64,000 nucleotides of DNA from Isosphaeraceae bacterium. GTDB taxonomy: Bacteria > Planctomycetota > Planctomycetia > Isosphaerales > Isosphaeraceae. The notes under the pieces were generated by a model. It did not search any database, had not been told where the DNA came from, and saw nothing but the letters and a program-made list of their open reading frames with translations. Made by a program: the position numbers and the translations under genes. Shown one piece after another: positions 39,765-48,084 of this stretch. Numbering within the stretch: the stretch's first letter is position 1; the number at the start of each line of letters is the position of its first letter. The stretch is taken from contig CBDAVP010000005.1 in the NCBI GenBank assembly GCA_965201075.1, positions 62,001-126,000 on the forward strand. Direction: 5' to 3'.

Positions 39765-39804
39765 GGCCGGCCCAAGTCTCCCAACCAGGAGACGCGGGCC
39801 GGCT
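39765..39804. terminator. Hairpin between convergent genes (putative terminator)
   Basis: GCCGGCCC..GTCTCC-loop-GGAGAC..GGGCCGGC. Confidence 0.5.
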
Positions 39805-39819
39805 CGATTTGCCTGTCAA

Positions 39820-40383
39820 TCAGTGGGAGGGCTGGAGCTTGGCCTGCAGATCATGAAGAGCTGGGGTAACCTGGCCCTTGAGCTCTTCCACCATGGGCAT
39901 GACGTGCCCCTTGATCTCCTCGAACGACTCGGTCCCAATCTGCTTGAGATCCTCCATCGACAGGCCGACTGCATCCCCACCGAGCCGCAGCGCCAGATAA
40001 TCCTCGGCGAGTCCCAGGATTGGCTGGGGAATGCCGAGAAGCGTGTGCAAGGCGCCACGAATCAGAGGGGCGAACGTCGCGGCTCCGGCGGCCACGGCGG
40101 CGCCGACGGGCAGGGCCCAGGGTTCTTCCACCCCGTCTCGGCGGAGGCTCTCACGCATGACCCACGCCCCGGTCGCGGCCCGGGGGATCAGCAGTGGCAG
40201 AGAACCGCGGCTGGGGACCAACGGCAGCTTGTCGACGACCAACTCGCCCACCGCCGCCATCGCCAGGGCCTTCTTCTCCGGCCGGTCATGAGCCGCCGCC
40301 AGCAACGCCGGTCCCAACGCGTTGCGTAACCCCGTCACCACCGCCAGTTTGATTGCCCGCTCAAACGGTGTCTCGGCTGACAT
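39820..40383 (-). CDS. Membrane-associated hypothetical protein (DUF4126-like)
   Basis: GLR...PA, GELVVDKLP..PSR, GLAED motifs. GAGGAG RBS. Confidence 0.7.
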   Translation of the reverse strand: MSAETPFERAIKLAVVTGLRNALGPALLAAAHDRPEKKALAMAAVGELVVDKLPLVPSRGSLPLLIPRAATGAWVMRESLRRDGVEEPWALPVGAAVAAGAATFAPLIRGALHTLLGIPQPILGLAEDYLALRLGGDAVGLSMEDLKQIGTESFEEIKGHVMPMVEELKGQVTPALHDLQAKLQPSH

Positions 40384-40491
40384 TGCGTCACCCTCCTCGA
40401 ACCCTCGGTCGAACTCCCCCAGCTCGGGGGCGGATAGCGCCTCATTCATGCAAGGACGGCGCCATCGGCAGGGGATTTCCGCCGAACCCCC

Positions 40492-41100
40492 TCAGGCCCA
40501 ATCCTCGAACAGCGGCTTCGGCTTGCGATTCGAGGGGGACCGAGACAACGGCCACGGCCAACGGCCGGAGTGTCGCAGGATGGGACCGACGAATAAAAGG
40601 AACAGGGCGTACAGCGCTGTCATCACGGCGATCGCGAGCAGCCCACCGTCCGTCCCGTGTTGGTGCTGGACACCCAACAGCCAAACCATGGGTACTTCGA
40701 TGACCAACGCCAGAAGCGACCAAACGACGTGCAAGGTCCAACTCAGCCGCCAGCCCCTCCCGATCGCGACCGCCGCGAGACCCAGGCCGAGGCCCAGCAG
40801 CGCCTGAAGCGAGACGATCACCGCGGCCAGTCCGCGAATCAGGAGTTCAATCAAAGTGGAGACCAATACCCCCACGGCCTCAGCAAGACTTCCCGCGCCT
40901 GCCGCGGCGCTCGCGGCGGCGATCGAGGTCGCGACCGCCGTCAGTCCGGCATCCTCGGGCCACAAGTCGGGCGGCGGAAGGGCCGCCGACGCGGCTGGCC
41001 AGAGGTGCAGGATGTAATGCGTCGCCAAGACGGCCCAGATCAACAGGACCGCCGAGAGGAGGAGGCTGATCCAGGTGATCCCTTTCGTCGCCCGCGTCAT
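40492..41100 (-). CDS. Integral membrane hypothetical protein
   Basis: Four or five hydrophobic segments; GAGGAG RBS; last gene of a minus-strand run. Confidence 0.65.
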   Translation of the reverse strand: MTRATKGITWISLLLSAVLLIWAVLATHYILHLWPAASAALPPPDLWPEDAGLTAVATSIAAASAAAGAGSLAEAVGVLVSTLIELLIRGLAAVIVSLQALLGLGLGLAAVAIGRGWRLSWTLHVVWSLLALVIEVPMVWLLGVQHQHGTDGGLLAIAVMTALYALFLLFVGPILRHSGRWPWPLSRSPSNRKPKPLFEDWA

Positions 41101-41118
41101 GGGTCGGCTCCTCATCCC

Positions 41119-41979
41119 TCAAGCCGGCCCACCCGCCTCGGCCGTGAGCGTGGCGGCGATGCCGGTGGCGATATCGGGGTAAGCCAGGATCACTCCCAAC
41201 TCCCGCCGCATCCGCCGGTTGGAGACGCGCTTGTTCCCCCCCTCGCGGCGAGAATTCGACTCGGCTGGTACGAACGCCGGAGGGGGGGCCTTCAGCCATT
41301 CGGCCACAGTCTCATAATATTCGCGACGAGCGACCGGCCGGTCGTCACTGGCCAGATAAACCCGCCCCGGCTCGCCCCGGGCAAGCGCCGCGACGGCGAC
41401 CGAGGCGGCATCGTCAACGTGGATGACGTTGAGCCAACGATCGGCGTCGCCCGCGAGGGGTTCGCCCCGCTCCACCGACGACCGGCGGATCATCCGCCCC
41501 GGTCCATAAAGCCCCGAATACCGCAGGACGACCCCACCGGGCCTCGCCAACACCAGTGACTCGGCCTCCAGACAGGCCCGGCCCGAATCCGTCCGGGGGT
41601 CGATCGGTGAGTCCTCGTCGATCCACTCCCCTGCCGTCTGGCCGTAAACCCCGGTCGAACTCGCGTAAACCAGTCGCGACGGTTCGACCGGCAGCGCCTC
41701 TAACGCCGCCCGCAAACCCTCCACGTAAACCTGGCGAATCGGCACCCCGGCCGTCCGATCGAACCCGATGCAAGCGAACACCCGCCCGGCGGCGGGCAGA
41801 CGGAGGCTTGATGGATCCAGCACATCGGCCACGACCGGCTCCACGCCCAGGGCCTTCAGCGACGCCGCGCCCGATTCGCTCCGGGTCGTGCCGAAGACCC
41901 GCTCGCCCCGGGCCATCAGTTGCGCGGCGACCCGACGCCCGAGGAACCCGCAGCCCAGAATCAGGGTCGCTTCGTTCAA
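41119..41979 (-). CDS. NAD-dependent epimerase/dehydratase (atypical SDR)
   Basis: GCGFLG, SSTGVYG, LR.SGLYGPGR, IHVDD. TTG start overlaps the ruvX stop. Confidence 0.88.
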   Translation of the reverse strand: MNEATLILGCGFLGRRVAAQLMARGERVFGTTRSESGAASLKALGVEPVVADVLDPSSLRLPAAGRVFACIGFDRTAGVPIRQVYVEGLRAALEALPVEPSRLVYASSTGVYGQTAGEWIDEDSPIDPRTDSGRACLEAESLVLARPGGVVLRYSGLYGPGRMIRRSSVERGEPLAGDADRWLNVIHVDDAASVAVAALARGEPGRVYLASDDRPVARREYYETVAEWLKAPPPAFVPAESNSRREGGNKRVSNRRMRRELGVILAYPDIATGIAATLTAEAGGPA

Positions 41980-42449
41980 CGATCAACCTCCGCTTCGCGA
42001 GTATCTTCCAGGGAGGAGGCCGGGGCCTCGGCCTCGGGGCAACCCGCGTCGAGGTAATGTTGGAGCATCACCCAGGCCGCCATCGCGTCACGCCCCGCCT
42101 TTCGACCTTTCCGCTTGAGGCCCTGGGCTTTCATCAGGTGGTCGGCCTCGACACTGCTATACCGCTCGTCGAAGAAGGTCAGCGAGCAGCCGATCGACTC
42201 ACCCAACCAGCGGCCCCAAGCCCTGGAGGCCCTGGCGAGTTCGCCCTCGCCCCCTCCCGTATGGAGTGGCAGGCCGACGACGACTCGCTCGACCCCTTCC
42301 TCTTCCGCCAGACGTCGGTAATGCTCGGCGTCGAGTCGAGGATTCCGCCGCTCGTAAACTTCCAGGGGGAATGCAATGATCCCTCTCGGGTCGCTGAGAG
42401 CGGCGCCGATGCGTTTCGTGCCGAAATCAATCCCCAGGATTCTCGGCAA
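41976..42449 (-). CDS. ruvX: RuvX/YqgF RNase H-fold nuclease (pre-16S rRNA processing)
   Basis: ILGIDFGTKRIG.A.SD, VVGLP, DERYSS, DAMAA..ML..YL. Confidence 0.93.
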   Translation of the reverse strand: MPRILGIDFGTKRIGAALSDPRGIIAFPLEVYERRNPRLDAEHYRRLAEEEGVERVVVGLPLHTGGGEGELARASRAWGRWLGESIGCSLTFFDERYSSVEADHLMKAQGLKRKGRKAGRDAMAAWVMLQHYLDAGCPEAEAPASSLEDTREAEVDR

Positions 42450-42479
42450 GGACGGGACCTCGGAGACGTTTGGTCGCGA

Positions 42480-43559
42480 TCACAGGTACGAGGAATGCCC
42501 TGATTTTGACAGTCCCTCAACCAAACCCTTCAGTTGATCCAACTGGTCCCGACGGGCAATCAAGGTCGCGCCACCGGACTGCACCACAACCAGATCCTCG
42601 ACCCCCAGCGTGGCGACCAGCCCGCCATCGTCGCTGACCACGATCGACCCGCGCGTGCCCTTCGTGACGACGTTCCCTTGAATCGTGTTCCCCTGGGCAT
42701 CGGGGGTCTGGAGGGCATCGAGCGCTCGCCAGTCGCCCACGTCGTTCCATTCGTAGACCACCTCCAGCACCCGGACGTTGGGGGCTTTCTCCATGACGGC
42801 CTTGTCGATGGGAACTTTCTCCATCTGGGGATACTCACGGGCGAGGACTTCGGCCTCGGCGGAAGTCCCCAGGGCGTCGGCGACTCGGCCGATCGCCGCG
42901 GCCAGTTCCGGCCGGTGAGTGGCCAGAGCGTCCAGGATCGCCCGAGCCCGCCAGACGAAAATTCCCGAATTCCACGCGAACCGCCCTGCGGCCAGGAACG
43001 CCTCGGCCGTGGCCCTGTCCGGCTTCTCACGGAACTGGGCGACTCGGTGCAGGGCGATCCCTCCCGGCATGCCCAGCGACTCGCCCCGCTCGATGTACCC
43101 ATAACCGGTCTCGGCCCGGGTCGGCACGATGCCGAAGGTGACGAACGCCGAGGGGTCCTCGTCAATCACCGAAACGGCCGCCAACACCGTCGCCTGAAAC
43201 GTCTCGTCGGGACGAATGACGTGGTCGGCCGGCATGACGATCATCGTCCCGTCGGGGTCGGCCCTGGCGACGACCGCCGCCGCCAGGCCGACGCAGGGCG
43301 CCGTATCCCTGGGGCAGGGTTCGGCCACGACGTTGCCGGCCGGCAACTGGGGCAACTGCTGGCGAACCGCCGCCGCCTGGTCCGCCCCGGTGATGATCCA
43401 GGTCCGCTCCGGAGCCGTCAAAGGGGCGATCCGCGAGACAGTTTGTTGCAGCATCGACGCCTCGCCGTGGAGGCGAAGTAACTGCTTGGGGCGGTCCCGG
43501 CGGCTCTTGGGCCAGAATCGAGTGCCGCTGCCTCCGGCCATGATGACGGCGTGGAGCAT
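42480..43559 (-). CDS. manC: Mannose-1-phosphate guanylyltransferase
   Basis: IMAGGSGTRFWP.SR...PKQ, EP..RDTAP, PADH, ETGYGYI, FREKP, WNSG.F, W.DVG.W. No cupin PMI domain. Confidence 0.93.
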   Translation of the reverse strand: MLHAVIMAGGSGTRFWPKSRRDRPKQLLRLHGEASMLQQTVSRIAPLTAPERTWIITGADQAAAVRQQLPQLPAGNVVAEPCPRDTAPCVGLAAAVVARADPDGTMIVMPADHVIRPDETFQATVLAAVSVIDEDPSAFVTFGIVPTRAETGYGYIERGESLGMPGGIALHRVAQFREKPDRATAEAFLAAGRFAWNSGIFVWRARAILDALATHRPELAAAIGRVADALGTSAEAEVLAREYPQMEKVPIDKAVMEKAPNVRVLEVVYEWNDVGDWRALDALQTPDAQGNTIQGNVVTKGTRGSIVVSDDGGLVATLGVEDLVVVQSGGATLIARRDQLDQLKGLVEGLSKSGHSSYL

Positions 43560-43625
43560 GGAATCGCTGATCCTTTCGCGGCGGCATCGCCTTTTTCTGG
43601 GACAGGAAGCCCCTCGCCGACTGCC

Positions 43626-45053
43626 TTATTTCAAATAGATCGCGCCATCCACGGCCGTCCCCGGCGACAGCTTTCCCTTCAACTCGCCAGCATCGAGCGC
43701 GTACAACGGACTAATCTCCACCCCGAACGCGGCCGACCCGTCACTGCGACGAGGAACCGACACCCCCGCGGCTTCCAGCCAACCAGCGAAATTGTCGCTC
43801 ATCCGCTGCCGGACCGTCGCCGGAGAGTCCGGCCCGGTGGCGTTCTTCAACGGCTCGAACTCCACCGAGCGGTCGCACTCGACCATCGCCCAGCGACGGG
43901 CCATCGGCAGGGCGTCGAAGATGAACGTCTCGAACTTCACCGCGTTGGGAGTTGCGGGCTCAACCACCGCCCCCGAATCTCCCACGAACTTGACCTTCTT
44001 CAACGCCCGATGATACGGCAGGTGGGCGCCTCCGGTGGCGATCCGCTCGACGAATTCGCGCTCGAAGACGTGGATGGCGATGCTGCCTGCCGAAAGTTCC
44101 AGCCCGCCATCGGGAGCCCGTCGCCCCGCGAGTTCGGGGGGCAGGTCGGAATACTCGATGACCCGAGGAACGCCATCGACCTCGACCACCACCCCCACCT
44201 TTTCCTCGGGCGCCACCTTTTCGACCACCTTGAACGAGACCTCGGCCTCGGCCAGCCGGTGCAGTCCCAGGAAGGCTGGGTCGGCGATCGCCACCAGTGG
44301 GTTGTCCACCTGGAAGTAAAACAGGCTGCGGACACCCCGCTCGCGCATCTCCTCCAGGCAACTCGACGAGCCGTCCGGTCCGGGGGCGGCCAGGGCCGCG
44401 AGGGAGCCTCCGTGGCCGTCGGGGCTCAGGGCTAGCCGCCCTTTTTCCGCCAGCAAGATCCGGCCGGTTTCGCGGTCGACCGCCGGCAATTGCCCCTGGA
44501 CGAAGAACCGAACGTGTTCGAGCCCGAACTCCGCGTGCTCGGCGAAGAACGCGACCGTGGCCGCGTGATTCTCGGGGCTGGTCATCACATAGAAGGGAAT
44601 CGGCCGACCATGGCGACGGCCCAACGCCACCACCTTCTCGGCGTGGATCTGGAACAGGCTCGAGGCCGAGACCGGGCCGATCGGATAGGTCCCCTTGGGC
44701 CCGTCAAACCCGAGGCGAGTGCCCTGTCCGCCGGCGACCACCACCACCGCCACCTCACCGGCCGCCAGGGCCCGAGCCCCCAACTCGGCGGCCCGGCGAC
44801 GGGTGCCGCGTTCGGAGTCAGTGCGCGGCAAGCGGTCGACGGCCACCGGTTTCACGGCCGTGGGATCAAACTCTGCCGGCGCCTCGGCGTGGACCAGCCG
44901 GCCGACCAGCTCGCCGATCAACTTCGGGTCGAGGCGGCCCGCCTCGGCGGTCAGGCGCTCGCGACCTGGTCCGTCCAGGTCGTCCCACCAACTCAACACG
45001 TGCGACTGACCGTGCTCGGCCAGCCGGGCGGTCAATGAGGGATCGGCGGGCAT
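43626..45053 (-). CDS. UDPGP-family (UAP1-like) UDP-N-acetylglucosamine pyrophosphorylase
   Basis: AGGQGTRLG..GPKG, YVMTS, SPDGHGG, QVDNPL, EYSDLP, KFETFIFD, EF.PLKN, EISPL. Confidence 0.88.
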   Translation of the reverse strand: MPADPSLTARLAEHGQSHVLSWWDDLDGPGRERLTAEAGRLDPKLIGELVGRLVHAEAPAEFDPTAVKPVAVDRLPRTDSERGTRRRAAELGARALAAGEVAVVVVAGGQGTRLGFDGPKGTYPIGPVSASSLFQIHAEKVVALGRRHGRPIPFYVMTSPENHAATVAFFAEHAEFGLEHVRFFVQGQLPAVDRETGRILLAEKGRLALSPDGHGGSLAALAAPGPDGSSSCLEEMRERGVRSLFYFQVDNPLVAIADPAFLGLHRLAEAEVSFKVVEKVAPEEKVGVVVEVDGVPRVIEYSDLPPELAGRRAPDGGLELSAGSIAIHVFEREFVERIATGGAHLPYHRALKKVKFVGDSGAVVEPATPNAVKFETFIFDALPMARRWAMVECDRSVEFEPLKNATGPDSPATVRQRMSDNFAGWLEAAGVSVPRRSDGSAAFGVEISPLYALDAGELKGKLSPGTAVDGAIYLK

Positions 45054-45131
45054 CGTTGAGGAGGCTCCAGGGGCCAGCCGTCCGGGACGAACACCCCAAA
45101 GCACTTGGGGAGGTCAGGCCGCGACGACTCT

Positions 45132-45920
45132 TCAAAACTCCAGGGTCAGGCCATCGTAGGCGAGCCGCACGCCGGCCGGCAAGGTCGACTCCGTTGTCTC
45201 ATGGTCGAACTCGTGAGACAGATGCGTCAAAAACGTCCGCCCCGGCCGCAGCCGCTCCACCACTGCCAAGGCCTCAGCCAGGCAGAAATGCGTCGGGTGC
45301 CATCCGGGTCGCAAGGCATCGAGGATCAAGGTGTCCAGCCCTTCCAGAACCTCCCAGCTTGCATCGGGAATGTGGTTCACGTCCGTGCAATAGGCCAGGC
45401 CGCCGATGCGAAACCCCAGCACCCGGAATCGCCCATGGTCCAGCCGAATCGGCCGAACCGTTTCGCCTAACACTTGGAATGGCACGCCCGGCTCGATGGT
45501 CCGGAAGGCGATTTGCGGCACTCCTCCCGCCGGAATCCGCGCGGCGTGCTCGTTGAAGGCGTAGTGAAACGCCTGGCGGATCATCGTCTCGGTCTCGGCC
45601 TCGCAAAAGATCGGGACCGGACCGCCGAGAATCTTGGGAAACAGCCGCGCGTCGTCGAGCCCGAACAGGTGATCGGCGTGATTGTGCGTGTACATGATCG
45701 CGTGGGCCACGTCGATACCTTCGCGCACCAATTGCAAGCGCAGCTCGGGCGCCGTATCGATCAGCAGGTTCCCTCCCGGCACCTGAAGCATCACACTGGG
45801 CCGGGTGCGGTGGTTGCGGGGATTCTCCGAACGGCAGACGGCACACTTGCAGCCGATCATCGGCACGCCGGTCGAGGTCCCGCTGCCCAGCACGATCAAC
45901 CGCCGAGGACTCGCCGCCAC
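45132..45920 (-). CDS. MBL-fold metallohydrolase, PhnP-like
   Basis: LGSGTSTGVP.IGC.C.VC, THNHADH..GLDD, AYCTD, HPTH, THLSH, AYDG. Start approximate. Confidence 0.9.
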   Translation of the reverse strand: MAASPRRLIVLGSGTSTGVPMIGCKCAVCRSENPRNHRTRPSVMLQVPGGNLLIDTAPELRLQLVREGIDVAHAIMYTHNHADHLFGLDDARLFPKILGGPVPIFCEAETETMIRQAFHYAFNEHAARIPAGGVPQIAFRTIEPGVPFQVLGETVRPIRLDHGRFRVLGFRIGGLAYCTDVNHIPDASWEVLEGLDTLILDALRPGWHPTHFCLAEALAVVERLRPGRTFLTHLSHEFDHETTESTLPAGVRLAYDGLTLEF

Positions 45921-46022
45921 GCCCACACCCCCAACGCCGGAACCGCCCTTCACCTTCACTCTCGTCCAGGTTCACGGGCGCATTCTACGACAAGGCGACT
46001 CCCCGGGCGACCATCACTTCCC

Positions 46023-46592
46023 TTAACGACGGCGCCCCTCCTCTTCCGGGACGATCGTGAACCGAACCACCTGCCGGGCCGGATCCCCCCCACCGAGCAC
46101 GTCATGCAGGATGATGTCCAGGTCGTAATCGCCCGGCCGAAGCTCGCTCACTGAAATGGTATTGCTCATATAGAGGATGCCGATCGGATCCCGGCTCTTG
46201 GCCGGGAGGTCGAGAATCTTCTCCTTGACCTGAATGACCGCCTTGGCTCCGTGGCGTCGCAGCCGGGCGTCCTGGGACAGGTGGACCTGGTATTGCTGCT
46301 TGACCCGCTCGCTGGCGAAGCGTCGAGGCTCAAAATAAATCACCAACTTCTCGTCGGCGGTCAATCGGGCGTCGGGCCGTTCGACGAAGTCGCCGTAACC
46401 GGTCACCGACTCACAAACGATCGCCCGGGTCATGCTCAGCCCCGTGCCGGTCGACTCGGCGTCATCTAGATCCTCCGCGACGGAGGCGGGGCCGAGTCGC
46501 TCGTTCGGGTCGGCGATGGGTGGACCTCCCCACGCCGGCCCACCAACCAAAGCGAACGCCGCGATCCACGCCAGTCGCCAGGGTCGTTGCAT
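46023..46592 (-). CDS. Secreted hypothetical protein (Ig-like beta domain)
   Basis: Signal peptide ending AWG; V.GYG.F, L.PG.Y.L.I...D, FTI. Confidence 0.65.
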   Translation of the reverse strand: MQRPWRLAWIAAFALVGGPAWGGPPIADPNERLGPASVAEDLDDAESTGTGLSMTRAIVCESVTGYGDFVERPDARLTADEKLVIYFEPRRFASERVKQQYQVHLSQDARLRRHGAKAVIQVKEKILDLPAKSRDPIGILYMSNTISVSELRPGDYDLDIILHDVLGGGDPARQVVRFTIVPEEEGRRR

Positions 46593-46959
46593 CGCTCGCG
46601 TCCCCAACCGGATTGAGGGGAACGGGTCGAGATCCGTCTGGGTCCGGACGACCCCCGATCCATCCTCACCGCCAAGCCTAAGCCGAGCGCCTCTGTCCCC
46701 GCAACCCTCAGACTCACAAAGGCCGATCAGGGGAACCGGATCGATCCCGTCGAGCTTGTCCATTGAGAAGACCCTGGGGCTTGACGAAAGCGGGGCGATT
46801 ACAATTCCGGGGGAGTTTCCACAAGACAATCGCTGCGATTTCCGGCCGATTTCTCCACATCCCGCTGACGATAGAAGAAGGCGGATCGCCCGGGGAAGTG
46901 GGTGACCCGCCTTGGTTGGGGGCACGGACCGGATGTGGACGACTCAGTTTCAGACCCGA

Positions 46960-47874
46960 TCAGGTCCGAGCGCGGCGGCGTCGCAGGCGGAACAGCATTC
47001 CGCCAACAATGGCCGACGACCAGGCGACGACGGTCGCCGGCTCTGGGACCACCGGGCCGCCGAACTGAGTTTCGGGGCCGGTTGGCGGGTTGGGCACGAC
47101 CGTGCCCGGGGCCGTCTGGGCCTGGGGCAACGTCACGGCGTGGCGGAAGGTGTCCTCGCCCGCCACGACATCGTCCGGAGAGCCGGCATAGGCGCTGACG
47201 GTGAACCCTTTGGTCAGGGCATCGCCAGCCACTTGGCTGAAGTTCTTGACCGTGAACTCGAAATCGGGGTGAGCCGCCGAGGGGTCGAAGGCCAGGTTCC
47301 CCAGGTTGTTCGCCAGGGCGGCGCCGTAACTGTTCTGCAGCCCGTTCGTGCCAGGCTTGTAGCTGGCGACGGTGAAGCCATCAATCCCGGGTCCGGCCTC
47401 GGTCTTGTCGGCCGGAACTCCCGCCACCACCTGCGGCGTGCCGTTGCCGTTGAAGTCGAATCCGACGGTGACCGACTTGTGACCGCCGAGACTCGCGGTG
47501 TCGACGCCCCCTTCGGCCATCATTCGCGACGACGCCGCGCTCGGGTCGCCATTACCGTCGGCGTCACCGGCGATGCCGTAGAAATTCACGCCGACCTGCA
47601 AGGTGTCGGTGGACTTGTCGTAGTCCAGCCTCATGTCCTTGACTGCCCAGCCGGTGGTCAGCCCCTGCTGGGTCATCCACGCGTCTTGCGAGACGTAGGT
47701 GGGGTCGGGGGTGCCGTCGGCCTGGGGATGGGGGACGAACGCGACCACGCCGTTGCCAGCGGTCAGCGGGAAGTCATTTTCCACGTTCCCGGTGAAGTTC
47801 ATCGTGTCCGCCGAGGCGGCCCCGGCCAGACTCAGGGCGGCGAGGGTCCACTGGAATGCGATGCGACGAACCAT
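46960..47874 (-). CDS. PEP-CTERM surface protein
   Basis: Signal peptide ending ASA-D; C-terminal VPEPAT + hydrophobic helix + RLRRRRART. GGAGGAG RBS. Confidence 0.9.
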   Translation of the reverse strand: MVRRIAFQWTLAALSLAGAASADTMNFTGNVENDFPLTAGNGVVAFVPHPQADGTPDPTYVSQDAWMTQQGLTTGWAVKDMRLDYDKSTDTLQVGVNFYGIAGDADGNGDPSAASSRMMAEGGVDTASLGGHKSVTVGFDFNGNGTPQVVAGVPADKTEAGPGIDGFTVASYKPGTNGLQNSYGAALANNLGNLAFDPSAAHPDFEFTVKNFSQVAGDALTKGFTVSAYAGSPDDVVAGEDTFRHAVTLPQAQTAPGTVVPNPPTGPETQFGGPVVPEPATVVAWSSAIVGGMLFRLRRRRART

Positions 47875-48084
47875 TGACGAGTCTCCTCCCTCGTGAAGGC
47901 ACGACCGGGGTTGTGGCCCCAGGCGCCCGGCCGACCTTCGGTCCGGGAACGTTTCGATCCATGCGGCCGTCAGGTTTCCGCCTCGGTCGGAGTTTCCGCC
48001 GAGGTCTCGCCCCTTCCCCCACGGCCCCTCACGGTTCGGTCCCAGTCGGGATCGCGGCCGGTCGGCAGAAAGGACGTTGACGCG

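Noticed and set aside
46781..46805. TTGACG...TACAAT promoter
   Set aside because: The spacer is only 13 nt and it points antisense into the PEP-CTERM gene.
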